From Dehalococcoidia bacterium (GTDB lineage Bacteria > Chloroflexota > Dehalococcoidia > Lucifugimonadales > UBA3495): a stretch of DNA of 64,000 bases. The DNA is taken from positions 80,937 to 144,936 of the forward strand of contig DAOUJN010000039.1 in NCBI GenBank assembly GCA_034422655.1. The letters run 5' to 3'. Position numbers and translations under genes: made by a program. The notes under the pieces were generated by a model. That model was not told where the DNA came from. It ran no database searches and worked only from the letters and a program-made list of their open reading frames with translations. Positions 52,579 to 61,914 of the stretch are shown here, piece by piece. Each line of letters starts with the position of its first letter. Positions within the stretch are counted from its first letter, which is position 1.

Positions 52579-53364
52579 TCAGCCGCTGGCGAAAATCTCG
52601 TTGGCGATGTCCATGGCCTCCCGGGCAAAGGGTATGCCGGCATAGAGCGTCATGTGCCCGAACACCTCAATTACCTGGTCTTTGGTCAGGCCGATGTTAA
52701 GGGCGCCGCGGATGTGGCCCCGCAGGGGACCGTGGCGGCCCAGGGTCGCCAGGCAGGTCATGGTGCAGAGGCAGCGGCTGGTAACGTCCAGGCCCGGCCG
52801 GGTCCAGGTTGCTCCCCAGTAGTATTCCCCGGTGGTGCGGCCCAGTTCCCTCTCCGCATCCGTGGGCGGGGCCGGTCGCGACGTGGCGCCGCCACCCATG
52901 TAGTTGCGGCGGTACTCGTCGCCCCGCTGGAACAGGCTGTCCGGGTCTTCGTTTGAGTCGTGGATGCGGGCCGGCGTGAAGTCTATGCCGCGCTCCTCGA
53001 ACACCTGCTTGCACAGCGACAGCGCCTGGATGCCGGCCGGTGCCCCGCTGTACCAGGTGTCGTGGATAATCAACTCCACCACCTGCTCCGGCGTCAGGCC
53101 GATGTTGAGGGCGTTGCCCAGGTGCCGCTTCAACTGGACTTCCCGGTTGGTAACTATGAGGCATGACAGCGTGATCATCTCCCGCTGCATGGGTGTCAGC
53201 GCGGGACGCCGCCAGATGGTGCCGAACAGCGCCTCCCCCAGGATTCGCTCCAGGTCGGGCGCAATCTCCCATGCCCCCGGCGCGGACCAGCCGGTGATTT
53301 CACCGCCGCCAAACATTCGCCGCGTTTCCCTGCCGCGTTCATACCGGTCGTCCAGTTCACTCAT
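52579..53364 (-). CDS. Double-domain carboxymuconolactone decarboxylase (CMD) family protein
   Basis: ATG at 53364. Two CMD-like halves, each with a (L)xRE..T..CL....R..QL.(G/R)H..GALN(I)GLT pattern. Confidence 0.7.
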   Translation of the reverse strand: MSELDDRYERGRETRRMFGGGEITGWSAPGAWEIAPDLERILGEALFGTIWRRPALTPMQREMITLSCLIVTNREVQLKRHLGNALNIGLTPEQVVELIIHDTWYSGAPAGIQALSLCKQVFEERGIDFTPARIHDSNEDPDSLFQRGDEYRRNYMGGGATSRPAPPTDAERELGRTTGEYYWGATWTRPGLDVTSRCLCTMTCLATLGRHGPLRGHIRGALNIGLTKDQVIEVFGHMTLYAGIPFAREAMDIANEIFASG

Positions 53365-53513
53365 AGCGTACCTCCATACCTGGCGATGCCAAAGCTCGAA
53401 TGCTGACAGTCTAAGTCGGCACTTCCCAATACGCAACGCCGAGAGTACAGGAACAGGCCGGGGCGCAAAGGCACTCGGGGGAACCGACATGGCTACTTGA
53501 AAGCGGAAGGGAA

Positions 53514-53589
53514 TGGCGTCCCAGGCAGGATTCGAACCCGCGACCCGCTGCTTAGAAGGCAGCCGCTCTATCCACTGAGCTACTGGGAC
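53514..53589 (-). tRNA. tRNA-Arg (anticodon UCU) with encoded CCA
   Basis: Manual cloverleaf: acceptor GTCCCAG/CTGGGAC, D stem GCTC/GAGC, anticodon stem GCTGC/GCAGC with loop CTTCTAA, T arm GCGGG-TTCGAAT-CCTGC, discriminator G, and CCA. Confidence 0.9.
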
Positions 53590-53637
53590 TTTCGTGAAGC
53601 GGTTGACCGGGGATTGCCAGCCGAAGCTCGCAATTAA

Positions 53638-53666
53638 ATCTTAAGGAGCGGGCAATTGGGTGTCAA
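53638..53666 (-). promoter_or_regulatory. Promoter TTGACA-N17-TAAGAT for the tRNA
   Basis: Read on the minus strand, about 40 nt upstream of the tRNA 5' end. Confidence 0.5.
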
Positions 53667-53745
53667 GGCGGCCCCCTTTGGGATAAAATGGTCAGGTTAA
53701 TTGCTTCGCCATTCCACTGAACTCGTCAATGAGGGGACACCACAG

Positions 53746-54162
53746 ATGGTCCAGGACAACCGCCCGATTCGAGTGCTGGTAGCCAAGCCGGGGCTGGACG
53801 GCCACGACCGGGGCGCGAAGGTTATTGCCCGCGCCCTCCGCGATGCCGGCATGGAGGTCATATATACGGGCATCCGCCAGACGCCGGAGATGATTGTCCG
53901 GGCGGCGGTGCAGGAAGACGTGGAAGTGCTGGGCTTGAGCATTCTGTCGGGCGCCCACATGGAACTCATGCCGGAGATAATGCGGGGGCTGCAGGACCAG
54001 GACATGGATGACGTGCTGGTTGTTCTGGGCGGTATCATCCCGGAAGAGGACCGCCAGCCATTGTCGGATATGGGAATTGACGCGGTATTCGGGCCCGGGG
54101 CCTCGACCCAGCAGATTGTCGAGTACATACGGTCAAACAGGGGTGGAGCGCCGGCGGCGTAA
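53746..54162 (+). CDS. Cobalamin-binding domain protein (methylmalonyl-CoA mutase small/C-terminal domain-like)
   Basis: [19 protein letters not shown] carries the DxHxxG B12 motif. 138 aa. Confidence 0.8.
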   Translation: MVQDNRPIRVLVAKPGLDGHDRGAKVIARALRDAGMEVIYTGIRQTPEMIVRAAVQEDVEVLGLSILSGAHMELMPEIMRGLQDQDMDDVLVVLGGIIPEEDRQPLSDMGIDAVFGPGASTQQIVEYIRSNRGGAPAA

Positions 54163-54285
54163 GGTTCTTGCTTGCCGCCATCGCCTTCGGAAATGTGGAG
54201 ACAGGGTTTATGCCCTTGGGGGCCGTGCGCAGACTCCGGTAACGATAAACGGCGGAGTTTTGCCTCAATTTCAGATAGCACGCTA

Positions 54286-54316
54286 TTGACACCAACCCAC
54301 GTCTGGCACGTATAAT
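54286..54316 (+). promoter_or_regulatory. Promoter with consensus hexamers TTGACA-N19-TATAAT
   Basis: Both hexamers are perfect, but the spacer is long. Confidence 0.4.
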
Positions 54317-54408
54317 CTATGCCAATTTATCCGGCCAGCACTCTTGGTGGCTGTAGTTATTTGTTGCCTGTAAAGGGTACGGCCTCCATTGCGGCGCCTT
54401 AAAAATCG

Positions 54409-54930
54409 ATGCAATACAACGTAGCCCAATTGCTCAAGGAACCTACCGGCGCCACTCGCAGGGTGAGTGTGGAAGGGGACCTGGACGTTTCAGGCGATTT
54501 GCTTGCCGCCTGCGCGGGCAACGTGGAGATTGTGAGGACTCACCAGGGTCTGCTGGTCCGGGGCGTGGTCAACGCCAGCGTGGTCGCAACCTGTGGCAGG
54601 TGCCTGGGAGAGTTTGCCAGTCCCGCGCCCCTGGAAGTGGAAGAAGAGTACTTCCCGCAGGTGGACGTCAATACCGGCAAAAGGCTGGAATTGCCGTGGG
54701 ACTACGACGGGACAATTATTGACGCGACGCATGTGCTGGACCTGACCGACCTGCTGCGGCAGTGCGCGTTGGCGGCACAGCCGATAAAGCCCCTGTGCCG
54801 GCAGGACTGCCAGGGGTTATGCCAGGAATGCGGAGCGGACCTGAACGGAGAAAATTGCGTGTGCAGCGGGACTGCCATTGACCCCAGGTGGGGCGCCTTG
54901 GCGGCCTTGCTGGAAGAATCCGAAGCTTAA
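54409..54930 (+). CDS. yceD: YceD/DUF177 family protein
   Basis: Sits immediately upstream of rpmF. C-terminal CxxxCxGLCxxCGxxLN cluster. Confidence 0.8.
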   Translation: MQYNVAQLLKEPTGATRRVSVEGDLDVSGDLLAACAGNVEIVRTHQGLLVRGVVNASVVATCGRCLGEFASPAPLEVEEEYFPQVDVNTGKRLELPWDYDGTIIDATHVLDLTDLLRQCALAAQPIKPLCRQDCQGLCQECGADLNGENCVCSGTAIDPRWGALAALLEESEA

Positions 54931-54944
54931 GGGGATACTTGACC

Positions 54945-55127
54945 ATGGGCGCAGTACCAAATAAGAAAGTTACGCGGGCCAGGCGAGGGCGAAGGCTCAC
55001 TTCATACAAAATCAGGCCGTTTCATCCCGCCCGCTGTCCGCGCTGCAATGCCGCAAAATTGCCCCACGCCGCATGTCCGCAATGCGGCTACTACCGCGGA
55101 CGCCAGATAGTCGGCGTCGGAGCGTAG
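54945..55127 (+). CDS. rpmF: 50S ribosomal protein L32
   Basis: MGAVPNKKVTRARRGRR...CPRC...CPQCGYYRGRQ. Confidence 0.9.
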   Translation: MGAVPNKKVTRARRGRRLTSYKIRPFHPARCPRCNAAKLPHAACPQCGYYRGRQIVGVGA

Positions 55128-55253
55128 GTCCCGATTCCTGTGGTCGCAAGCCCCCTTCACTTCAGGAAGGTCCTGGTTGGCTTGCGGCCCTTGCTTTATG
55201 GTCGTTGGCTGATTGGTATTGGTGAACAGGGCTGAGGGTAGAGGCTAGAGGCT

Positions 55254-56201
55254 ATGACGATGACGCAGGATAGTAAAGAGTTTTCTTACGTGTTTCCCGG
55301 CCAGGGTTCCCAGAGCGTGGGAATGGGGCTGGAATTGTTCCAGTCCTCACCGGCGGCCAGGGAAGTATTCGACGAAGCTGACGACAGCCTGGGCTTTTCC
55401 TTGTCCAGGCTGATTTTTGAGGGACCTTCCAGGGACCTGCAGGACACGGTTAACTCCCAGCCGGCCATCATGGTGGTGAGCATTGCCTGCTGGAAAGCAT
55501 GGGAAGAGTACCTGGGGGACCAGAGCCCCAGGCCCATTTCCGTAGCGGGCCACAGCCTGGGCGAATATACCTCCCTTGTTGTCGCCGGAGTGCTCAGGTT
55601 CTCGGACGGCGTCAGGCTGGTGCGGGAAAGGGGCAGGCTGATGCATGAAGCATCGGAACTGCGCCCCGGCGGAATGGCCGCCATTATTGGCCTGGAAGAG
55701 TTGGCCTTTGAGCATATCTGCGCCGAAACCGGCGTGGAACTGGCCAACGTCAACAGCGATGACCAGGTGGTCATCAGCGGCGACAAGATTGCCGTGGCCC
55801 GGGCAATGGACCTGGCAACGGCCCGGGGGGCAAAGAAGACCGTACCGTTGAAAGTCAGCGGGGCCTTCCATTCATCCCTGATGGGGCACGCGCAACAGGG
55901 ACTGGCCGAAGCCATATCCGGACTTGAGATGGCCGACCCGCAGGTTCCCATTGTGGCAAATTCCATGGCTGCGCCCGTCACCACCGCCGACGGCGTCCGC
56001 AGCGAATTAATCGAAGGCCTGTGCCACTGCGTAAAGTGGAAGCAATCGGTCCGCTGCATGGTGGACTCGGGCGCATCCCATTTCGTTGAGTTCGGGCCCA
56101 GCCGGGTGTTGTCCAGCCTTATCAAGAGAATTGACCGAGATGTTGAGGCGTACACCCTTTCCGACCCCGCTTCCATAGAAAAGACGGTTTCCGACATTTA
56201 A
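55254..56201 (+). CDS. fabD: ACP S-malonyltransferase
   Basis: FPGQGSQ, GHSLGEY, and the SGAFHS motif. Confidence 0.9.
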   Translation: MTMTQDSKEFSYVFPGQGSQSVGMGLELFQSSPAAREVFDEADDSLGFSLSRLIFEGPSRDLQDTVNSQPAIMVVSIACWKAWEEYLGDQSPRPISVAGHSLGEYTSLVVAGVLRFSDGVRLVRERGRLMHEASELRPGGMAAIIGLEELAFEHICAETGVELANVNSDDQVVISGDKIAVARAMDLATARGAKKTVPLKVSGAFHSSLMGHAQQGLAEAISGLEMADPQVPIVANSMAAPVTTADGVRSELIEGLCHCVKWKQSVRCMVDSGASHFVEFGPSRVLSSLIKRIDRDVEAYTLSDPASIEKTVSDI

Positions 56202-56237
56202 CGGAAAACCCGAAGCGGGCGGGCATTTCCTTTTCTG

Positions 56238-56723
56238 GTGACTATGCCGAAGGTATTGACCAGGGACCCGAGAAGACTGGCGCGTACCATGGCCCTGCAG
56301 GCCGGGTTCGCCAGCGACTTGCGTGGGGGCTTTGACGAACACTCAGGCATTGAATGGCTGGTTGAAGAGAATATGCTCCGCGCCAGCGACACCGGGAATG
56401 TTCTTGTCCTGTCCCGGGCGCTGCTGGAGGGTCTGCAGGAGAGGCAACAGGAACTGGACGACTTGATACAAACTTACGCCCCGGCCTGGCCGGTCAACCT
56501 GTTGTCGCCTGTGGACCGCAACATATTGCGCATTGCTCTTTACGAATTGCTTTACCACCCCGTTACTCCCGCCAAGACAGCCGTCAATGAGGCCGTTGAA
56601 CTGGCCAAGATGTTCGGCAGCGAAAGTTCAGCCCGTTTCGTTAACGGCGTGCTGGGCACGGCCATGTCCGCATTGTCTCGGGGAGAACTGATTCAGGAAA
56701 AACTCGCTTCCGAAGGGAGATGA
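56238..56723 (+). CDS. nusB: Transcription antitermination factor NusB
   Basis: [15 protein letters not shown]...[12 protein letters not shown]...FVNGVLG. Confidence 0.85.
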   Translation: MTMPKVLTRDPRRLARTMALQAGFASDLRGGFDEHSGIEWLVEENMLRASDTGNVLVLSRALLEGLQERQQELDDLIQTYAPAWPVNLLSPVDRNILRIALYELLYHPVTPAKTAVNEAVELAKMFGSESSARFVNGVLGTAMSALSRGELIQEKLASEGR

Positions 56724-56727
56724 CCTT

Positions 56728-56988
56728 TTGGCCACCGTCATTGAACGCGTACGATCAATAGTAGTAGACAAGCTGGGAGTAGAAGAAGGGGATGTAGCGG
56801 AAACGTCCTCCTTTGTGGATGACCTCAACGCCGACTCCCTGGACCTGGTTGAGCTTATCATGGCTTTCGAGGAAGAATTTTCCACCGAAGGCAACCAGGT
56901 AGAAATTTCCGACGATGATGCCGCCAACATTCAGACCGTAGGAGATGCCGTAGCCTACCTGGTTGAACACGGTGTCTCCGACGAGTAA
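56728..56988 (+). CDS. acpP: Acyl carrier protein
   Basis: TTG start. [20 protein letters not shown] carries the phosphopantetheine Ser motif. Confidence 0.9.
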   Translation: MATVIERVRSIVVDKLGVEEGDVAETSSFVDDLNADSLDLVELIMAFEEEFSTEGNQVEISDDDAANIQTVGDAVAYLVEHGVSDE

Positions 56989-57126
56989 CCTTGCCGGGTT
57001 GCTCCCCCAGGCCTCCGGTGGCCGGGCCATCGCCTCCGCCGATGTTTCCGTCATGTCAGAAGGCATTGCCGATGGGAAGCATTGGCCCGCCCGTCGTATG
57101 ACTGGGCCGCCGCCCCTGACAACGCA

Positions 57127-57747
57127 ATGAACAGCCTGGAAGAGATAGACCAACTGGTATCCCGCTGTACCCAGTGCGAACTGCACCGGGGGCGGACCAA
57201 CGCCGTTCCCGGCGAAGGCGCCCCAGATGCCCAGGTAATGTTCATCGGGGAGGGCCCCGGGGTCCAGGAAGACCGCCAGGGCCGGCCCTTTGTGGGTCCC
57301 GCCGGCCAGTTTCTCGAAGAACTGCTGTCGTCCATTGGGCTTACCAGGCGGCAGGTGTACATCGCCAACATGGTGAAGTGCCGCCCGCCCCAGAACCGGG
57401 ACCCGCTGCCGGCGGAAATCGGCGCCTGCAGCGTGTACCTGAACCGGCAGATAGAGCTAATTGACCCCGCTTTGATCGTCACCCTGGGCCGTTTCTCCCT
57501 GGCCAGATTCTTCCCCGGGGAAAGCATCAGCCGCGCCCGGGGCAGGGTGCGGGAGAAGGACGGCCGGCGCATCTATCCCATCATGCACCCGGCGGCGGCC
57601 CTGTACCGCCAGGAGATGCGCGGCGCCATCATGGAGGACTTCCGTCGTATCCCGGAAATTCTGGCCCAGGCCAGCCAGCAGCCCCTGGTCCCGGAGGCGG
57701 CGCAGGAAGACCAGGCGCCGCCGCCCGAACAACTGTCCCTGTTCTGA
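57127..57747 (+). CDS. Uracil-DNA glycosylase, family 4
   Basis: CTQCELHRGRTNAVPGEG...MFIGEGPG..ED..GRPFVG.AG. Confidence 0.85.
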   Translation: MNSLEEIDQLVSRCTQCELHRGRTNAVPGEGAPDAQVMFIGEGPGVQEDRQGRPFVGPAGQFLEELLSSIGLTRRQVYIANMVKCRPPQNRDPLPAEIGACSVYLNRQIELIDPALIVTLGRFSLARFFPGESISRARGRVREKDGRRIYPIMHPAAALYRQEMRGAIMEDFRRIPEILAQASQQPLVPEAAQEDQAPPPEQLSLF

Positions 57748-57778
57748 TTATTGACTTCATTTTGGAAATGGAACCGGT

Positions 57779-59437
57779 TTGAACCATACCTTACGCATCA
57801 TTCCCCTTGGTGGTCTCGGTGAAATCGGCAAAAACATGATGGCCATGGAGTGCGGCGACGACATTGTGGTCGTCGACTGCGGCGTCCAGTTTCCCTCCGA
57901 GGATATGCTGGGCGTGGACCTGATAATACCCGACGCGTCCTACCTGGTGGAGCGCAGCGACCGGGTTCGGGGAATCCTGATTACCCACGGCCACGAAGAC
58001 CACATCGGAGCCCTGCCCTATATCCTTCCCAAGCTCGACGTCCCGGTTTTCGCCCCCAAGCTGGCCCACGGCCTGATTTCGGTGAAGCTGCGGGAGAATC
58101 GGGCCACCCGGGGGAAAACGGTTGATACCATTGAACCCGATGTCGATTACCGGTTCGGGACCAACTTCAGCGCCCGCTGGTTCCGGGTTTGCCACAGCAT
58201 CCCCGACTCCATGGGCATTGCCATCACCACGCCCCTGGGCACCGTAATCCATACCGGCGATTTCAAAATTGACCACACGCCGGTGGACGGCCATACCATA
58301 GACCTGACCACCCTGGCCCGGTACGGTGAAGAAGGGGTGCTGCTGCTGTGCTCCGATTCCACCTACGCCGAGGTCCCAGGGTACACCCCGTCCGAGTCCA
58401 TCCTGGGCGACGCCCTGGAACGGGCCATTGCCGATGCGCCGGGCCGCGTTATGGTGGCGACCTTCGCCTCCCTCATTGCCCGCGTTCAGCAGGTTATAGA
58501 CGCCGCGGCGCGTCATGGCCGGAAGGTGGCTATTGTGGGCCGCAGCATGGCTGACAACGTCAACATGGCGGCGGAGATGGGCTACCTCACGTTGCCCGCA
58601 GGCACCCTGGTCGGCCTCAGCGAAATCCGCGGCTACGAACCGGACCAGACCGTCCTCATAACCACCGGCAGCCAGGGAGAGCCGACCTCCGCCCTGGTGC
58701 GCATCGCCAATGGCGACCACCGGGACGTGTCGGTGATGGAAGGCGATACCGTGGTAATCTCCGCCACTCCCATTCCCGGCAATGAACTGCTGGTAAGCCG
58801 CACCATCGACAAACTGCTCAGGCAGGGCGCGCGGGTCCTGTACGACCGAATAGCCCTGGTCCACGTCCACGGCCACGCCAGCCAGGAAGAGCTCAAGATG
58901 ATGCTCAGCCTGACCCGGCCCCGCTACTTCGTGCCGGTGCATGGCGAATACCGCCACCTGATGGCCCACGCCAGGATCGCCTGGGATATGGGCCTGGCCG
59001 AGTCCGGCATCTTTGTGCTGGAGGATGGCGACGTGCTGGAGTTAAGCGAGGAGGGAGGCCGGGTCGTGGAGACCGTGCCCGCCAGCCCCATCCTGATTGA
59101 CGGGCCCAGCGCCCGCGGCATGGGCAGCGAAGTGCTGCGGGAGCGGCGCGCCCTGGCAAGGGACGGCGTGGTGGTTATTGTTGTTTCCGTGGATGCCGGA
59201 ACCGGTCTGCCGGCCTACCCCACAAAGGTGCTGGCCAGCGGCTTCATGGAGACGGAAGAGACCAGCGACCTGTTCCCCAAGCTGTCTGCGACTATCGACG
59301 ACCTGCTCCACGAAAAGCAGGAATTGATTGACGAACCCGACCGCGTCAAGAACCTGGTTCGGGAAGCCGCCGGCCGGTTCATTCAGACCGAGGCGCGGCG
59401 TCGCCCCACCATCGTTCCCGTGTTCCTGGAAGTTTAG
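57779..59437 (+). CDS. rnj: Ribonuclease J
   Basis: TTG start. LRIIPLGGLGEIGKNM, HGHEDHIG, and beta-CASP architecture. Confidence 0.9.
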   Translation: MNHTLRIIPLGGLGEIGKNMMAMECGDDIVVVDCGVQFPSEDMLGVDLIIPDASYLVERSDRVRGILITHGHEDHIGALPYILPKLDVPVFAPKLAHGLISVKLRENRATRGKTVDTIEPDVDYRFGTNFSARWFRVCHSIPDSMGIAITTPLGTVIHTGDFKIDHTPVDGHTIDLTTLARYGEEGVLLLCSDSTYAEVPGYTPSESILGDALERAIADAPGRVMVATFASLIARVQQVIDAAARHGRKVAIVGRSMADNVNMAAEMGYLTLPAGTLVGLSEIRGYEPDQTVLITTGSQGEPTSALVRIANGDHRDVSVMEGDTVVISATPIPGNELLVSRTIDKLLRQGARVLYDRIALVHVHGHASQEELKMMLSLTRPRYFVPVHGEYRHLMAHARIAWDMGLAESGIFVLEDGDVLELSEEGGRVVETVPASPILIDGPSARGMGSEVLRERRALARDGVVVIVVSVDAGTGLPAYPTKVLASGFMETEETSDLFPKLSATIDDLLHEKQELIDEPDRVKNLVREAAGRFIQTEARRRPTIVPVFLEV

Positions 59438-59474
59438 CAATTCAGCAGCATTGCAATGACGGGTTGGCTTTAAC

Positions 59475-59502
59475 CGTCATGCCGGCGAAAGCCGGTATCC
59501 AG
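59475..59502 (+). repeat. Solo copy of the GIY-YIG-cassette terminal hairpin
   Basis: CGTCATgCCGGCGAAAGCCGGtATCCAG matches the 48048 repeat at 26/28 positions. The two changes fall on opposite arms of one stem pair (T:A becomes G:T). Confidence 0.65.
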
Positions 59503-59690
59503 GACTCATCGCACCCCATACGCCGGACTGGGCCGAAGGCGACACCCGGAATCTGAACAGTTGCCACGGTGAACTCCCTGCTACCAGCCTCCAAACTGCC
59601 CAAAACTCACTGCCGTTTGTCTTCAACTCCCCATCTTTTATCGGGTACTCTATATTTGTCCTTTTAGCTTTTGTTATGTTGGGGGAATCT

Positions 59691-61865
59691 ATGGCAGGCA
59701 CAGCCCGCCCCTTGCGCGGATCCCCTGCGGCAGCGGGTGACTCAATAATCTGGCGCCGCCTTTTCCTGGCGCTGGACTTCGCCATTATCATTTCCGTCCT
59801 GGCAACGGCCTTGGTGGTGTTCCGGTTCTACCCGGAAGCGTGGGAAAGCGCATACACCGCCCTGGGCTACGGCTGGATTCCGGCGCTGCTTTGGGTTTCC
59901 GCCGCCCTGGCAACCCTCCGTTACCGCGCCCTGTGGTTGTTCCGTTACTGGAACCTTTGGCTGGCCGGGGCCTGCGCTACGGCCCTTGCCGTGGGCGTAC
60001 TGTCGTTCATTGAGGCCGGCTATGGGCAGCTGGCCTTTGTGGGACTGGGGGGGCGGTGGGGCCGGCTTGCCATGGGCGATTCACTGCTCCTGGGAATTGC
60101 CCGGCTGGCGCCCCTGGCCCTGCTCATTCCCATAATGCTCCTGCCGCGCAAGGCCGGCCGGGGCTACTGGCTGGGCCTGTGTTATGCCGCGAGGGGACTG
60201 TGGGCCGTGGCACGCCTTGTTGCGGTCATGGCCGTCGCCATTGGCCGGGGAGTCGCGTCCCTCTTTGGCCGGGACACCCGGCCTGGTTGGCTCAGTGCCG
60301 TATTCGGCTTCCCTGGTCGCGTATTCTCTGCATTGTTCCGCCGCTCGGGCGGGCCGGAGCGGACTCGCGCGGTTCCAGACCTCATGGAACTGCCCGACAA
60401 CGGGGATGAGGCCGGCGAGCCTGTGGAGACGGCCGCCCCGTCTGCCGCTCAGCCCCTGTTCGCCAGCGGTTCCAAGTGGAAACTGCCTTCCCTGGACCTG
60501 CTGGAGCCGGCTGAGGTCCATTCCACGGACGACAAACCCCTGAAGAAGATGGCCGAGGACATTGAGAGCGCCCTGGCCGACCACGGTGTCAACGTCGAGG
60601 TTGCGGACATCAAGTCGGGCCCCCGCATCGTACGGTTTGGCCTCATGCCGGGGTGGACGGAAAAGCGGGGTGCCGGCAAGGAGGGGGCGGCCGCCCCCGA
60701 TCGTAGCCGGGTGAAGGTTCAAAACATCCTGGCCCGGGAAAGAGACCTTTCCCTGGCTATCAGCACTCCCAGCCTGCGCTTTGAGCAGGTGCCGGGGGAG
60801 GCCCTGCTGGGGCTGGAGGTACCCTCGCCCTCTCCCAGCAAGGTAACCATGCGGGAGGTAATGGACTCGGCGGACTTCCGGAAAATTGCCGGCAAGGGAG
60901 GACTGCCCGTCGCCCTGGGCGCGGACGCCGGCGGCGCTTCGGTGGCCGTTGACCTTACCGGCCTGCCCCACATGATGATCGCCGGCGCCACCGGCAGCGG
61001 CAAGAGCGTCTGCATCAATTCCATAGTCGCGTCCATGATGCTGACCAAGCCGCCCGACCAGCTTCGCATGATGATGGTGGACCCCAAGCAGGTGGAATTG
61101 ACCCCCTTCAACGGTATTCCCCACCTGGTGCTGCCCGTGATAACCGAGGTGGACGACGTCAGCCCCATGCTGCGCGGCCTCATCCGGGAAATGACCCGGC
61201 GCTACAAGGCCATGGCCGAAATCGGCACTCGCAACATCAGCGGTTACAACGCCAAGGCAAAGGACCCCATGCCCTACCTGGTGTTGATCGTGGATGAACT
61301 GGCGGACCTGATGCTGGTAGGGGGCTTTGAGATCGAACAGTCCCTGGTGCGGCTGGCCCAGCTGGGCCGGGCCGCTGGCATCCACCTGGTGCTGGCCACC
61401 CAGCGGCCCTCGGTCAAGGTAGTTACCGGCCTGCTCAAGGCCAACATTCCCTGCCGCATCGCCTTCGCGGTGGCGTCCCAGGTGGACGCCCGCGTCATCC
61501 TGGACTCGGTGGGCGCTGAAAAGCTGCTGGGCAAGGGCGACATGCTGCTGCTCAACAACGACGCCCCCAAGCCCCGACGCGTTCAGGGCACCCTGGTACT
61601 GGATGATGAAACCGAAAAGCTGGTGGACTTCTGGCTGGGCCAGAAGGGGCCGCCGCTGCCGCCCATTAACCTGGAAGACGACGGCGAGGACGGGGAGGAC
61701 GGCGAGGGCCTCGACGAGAGCCTGGTGGACAAGGCCCGCGAACTGGCCCTGCGCAACCCCAACCTCAGCGCCTCGGCCCTGGAACGCCGCCTGAAAGTTG
61801 GGGGCAGCCGCGCCGAGCAGATCGTAGAGGTGCTGGAAGACGAGGGGCTGCTGGTTCCCCGGTAA
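59691..61865 (+). CDS. ftsK: DNA translocase FtsK
   Basis: N-terminal TM region, Walker A GATGSGKS, and a C-terminal gamma (winged-helix) domain. The ORF opens at 59676. Confidence 0.9.
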   Translation: MAGTARPLRGSPAAAGDSIIWRRLFLALDFAIIISVLATALVVFRFYPEAWESAYTALGYGWIPALLWVSAALATLRYRALWLFRYWNLWLAGACATALAVGVLSFIEAGYGQLAFVGLGGRWGRLAMGDSLLLGIARLAPLALLIPIMLLPRKAGRGYWLGLCYAARGLWAVARLVAVMAVAIGRGVASLFGRDTRPGWLSAVFGFPGRVFSALFRRSGGPERTRAVPDLMELPDNGDEAGEPVETAAPSAAQPLFASGSKWKLPSLDLLEPAEVHSTDDKPLKKMAEDIESALADHGVNVEVADIKSGPRIVRFGLMPGWTEKRGAGKEGAAAPDRSRVKVQNILARERDLSLAISTPSLRFEQVPGEALLGLEVPSPSPSKVTMREVMDSADFRKIAGKGGLPVALGADAGGASVAVDLTGLPHMMIAGATGSGKSVCINSIVASMMLTKPPDQLRMMMVDPKQVELTPFNGIPHLVLPVITEVDDVSPMLRGLIREMTRRYKAMAEIGTRNISGYNAKAKDPMPYLVLIVDELADLMLVGGFEIEQSLVRLAQLGRAAGIHLVLATQRPSVKVVTGLLKANIPCRIAFAVASQVDARVILDSVGAEKLLGKGDMLLLNNDAPKPRRVQGTLVLDDETEKLVDFWLGQKGPPLPPINLEDDGEDGEDGEGLDESLVDKARELALRNPNLSASALERRLKVGGSRAEQIVEVLEDEGLLVPR

Positions 61866-61914
61866 CGCTCCCCGGGGCGCCTGCACTCCGGTCACGGGGA
61901 TCCTTTGTGGTATC

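Noticed and set aside
53590-53745. Possible cobalamin riboswitch upstream of the B12-binding domain gene.
   Set aside because: No B12-box-like core or the expected conserved stems were visible. The region instead holds the tRNA promoter on the other strand. A covariance-model scan would be needed for certainty.
59477-59791. A 104-aa minus-strand ORF overlapping the ftsK start region.
   Set aside because: It begins inside the solo hairpin repeat and is antisense to the ftsK N-terminus. The composition is not protein-like.
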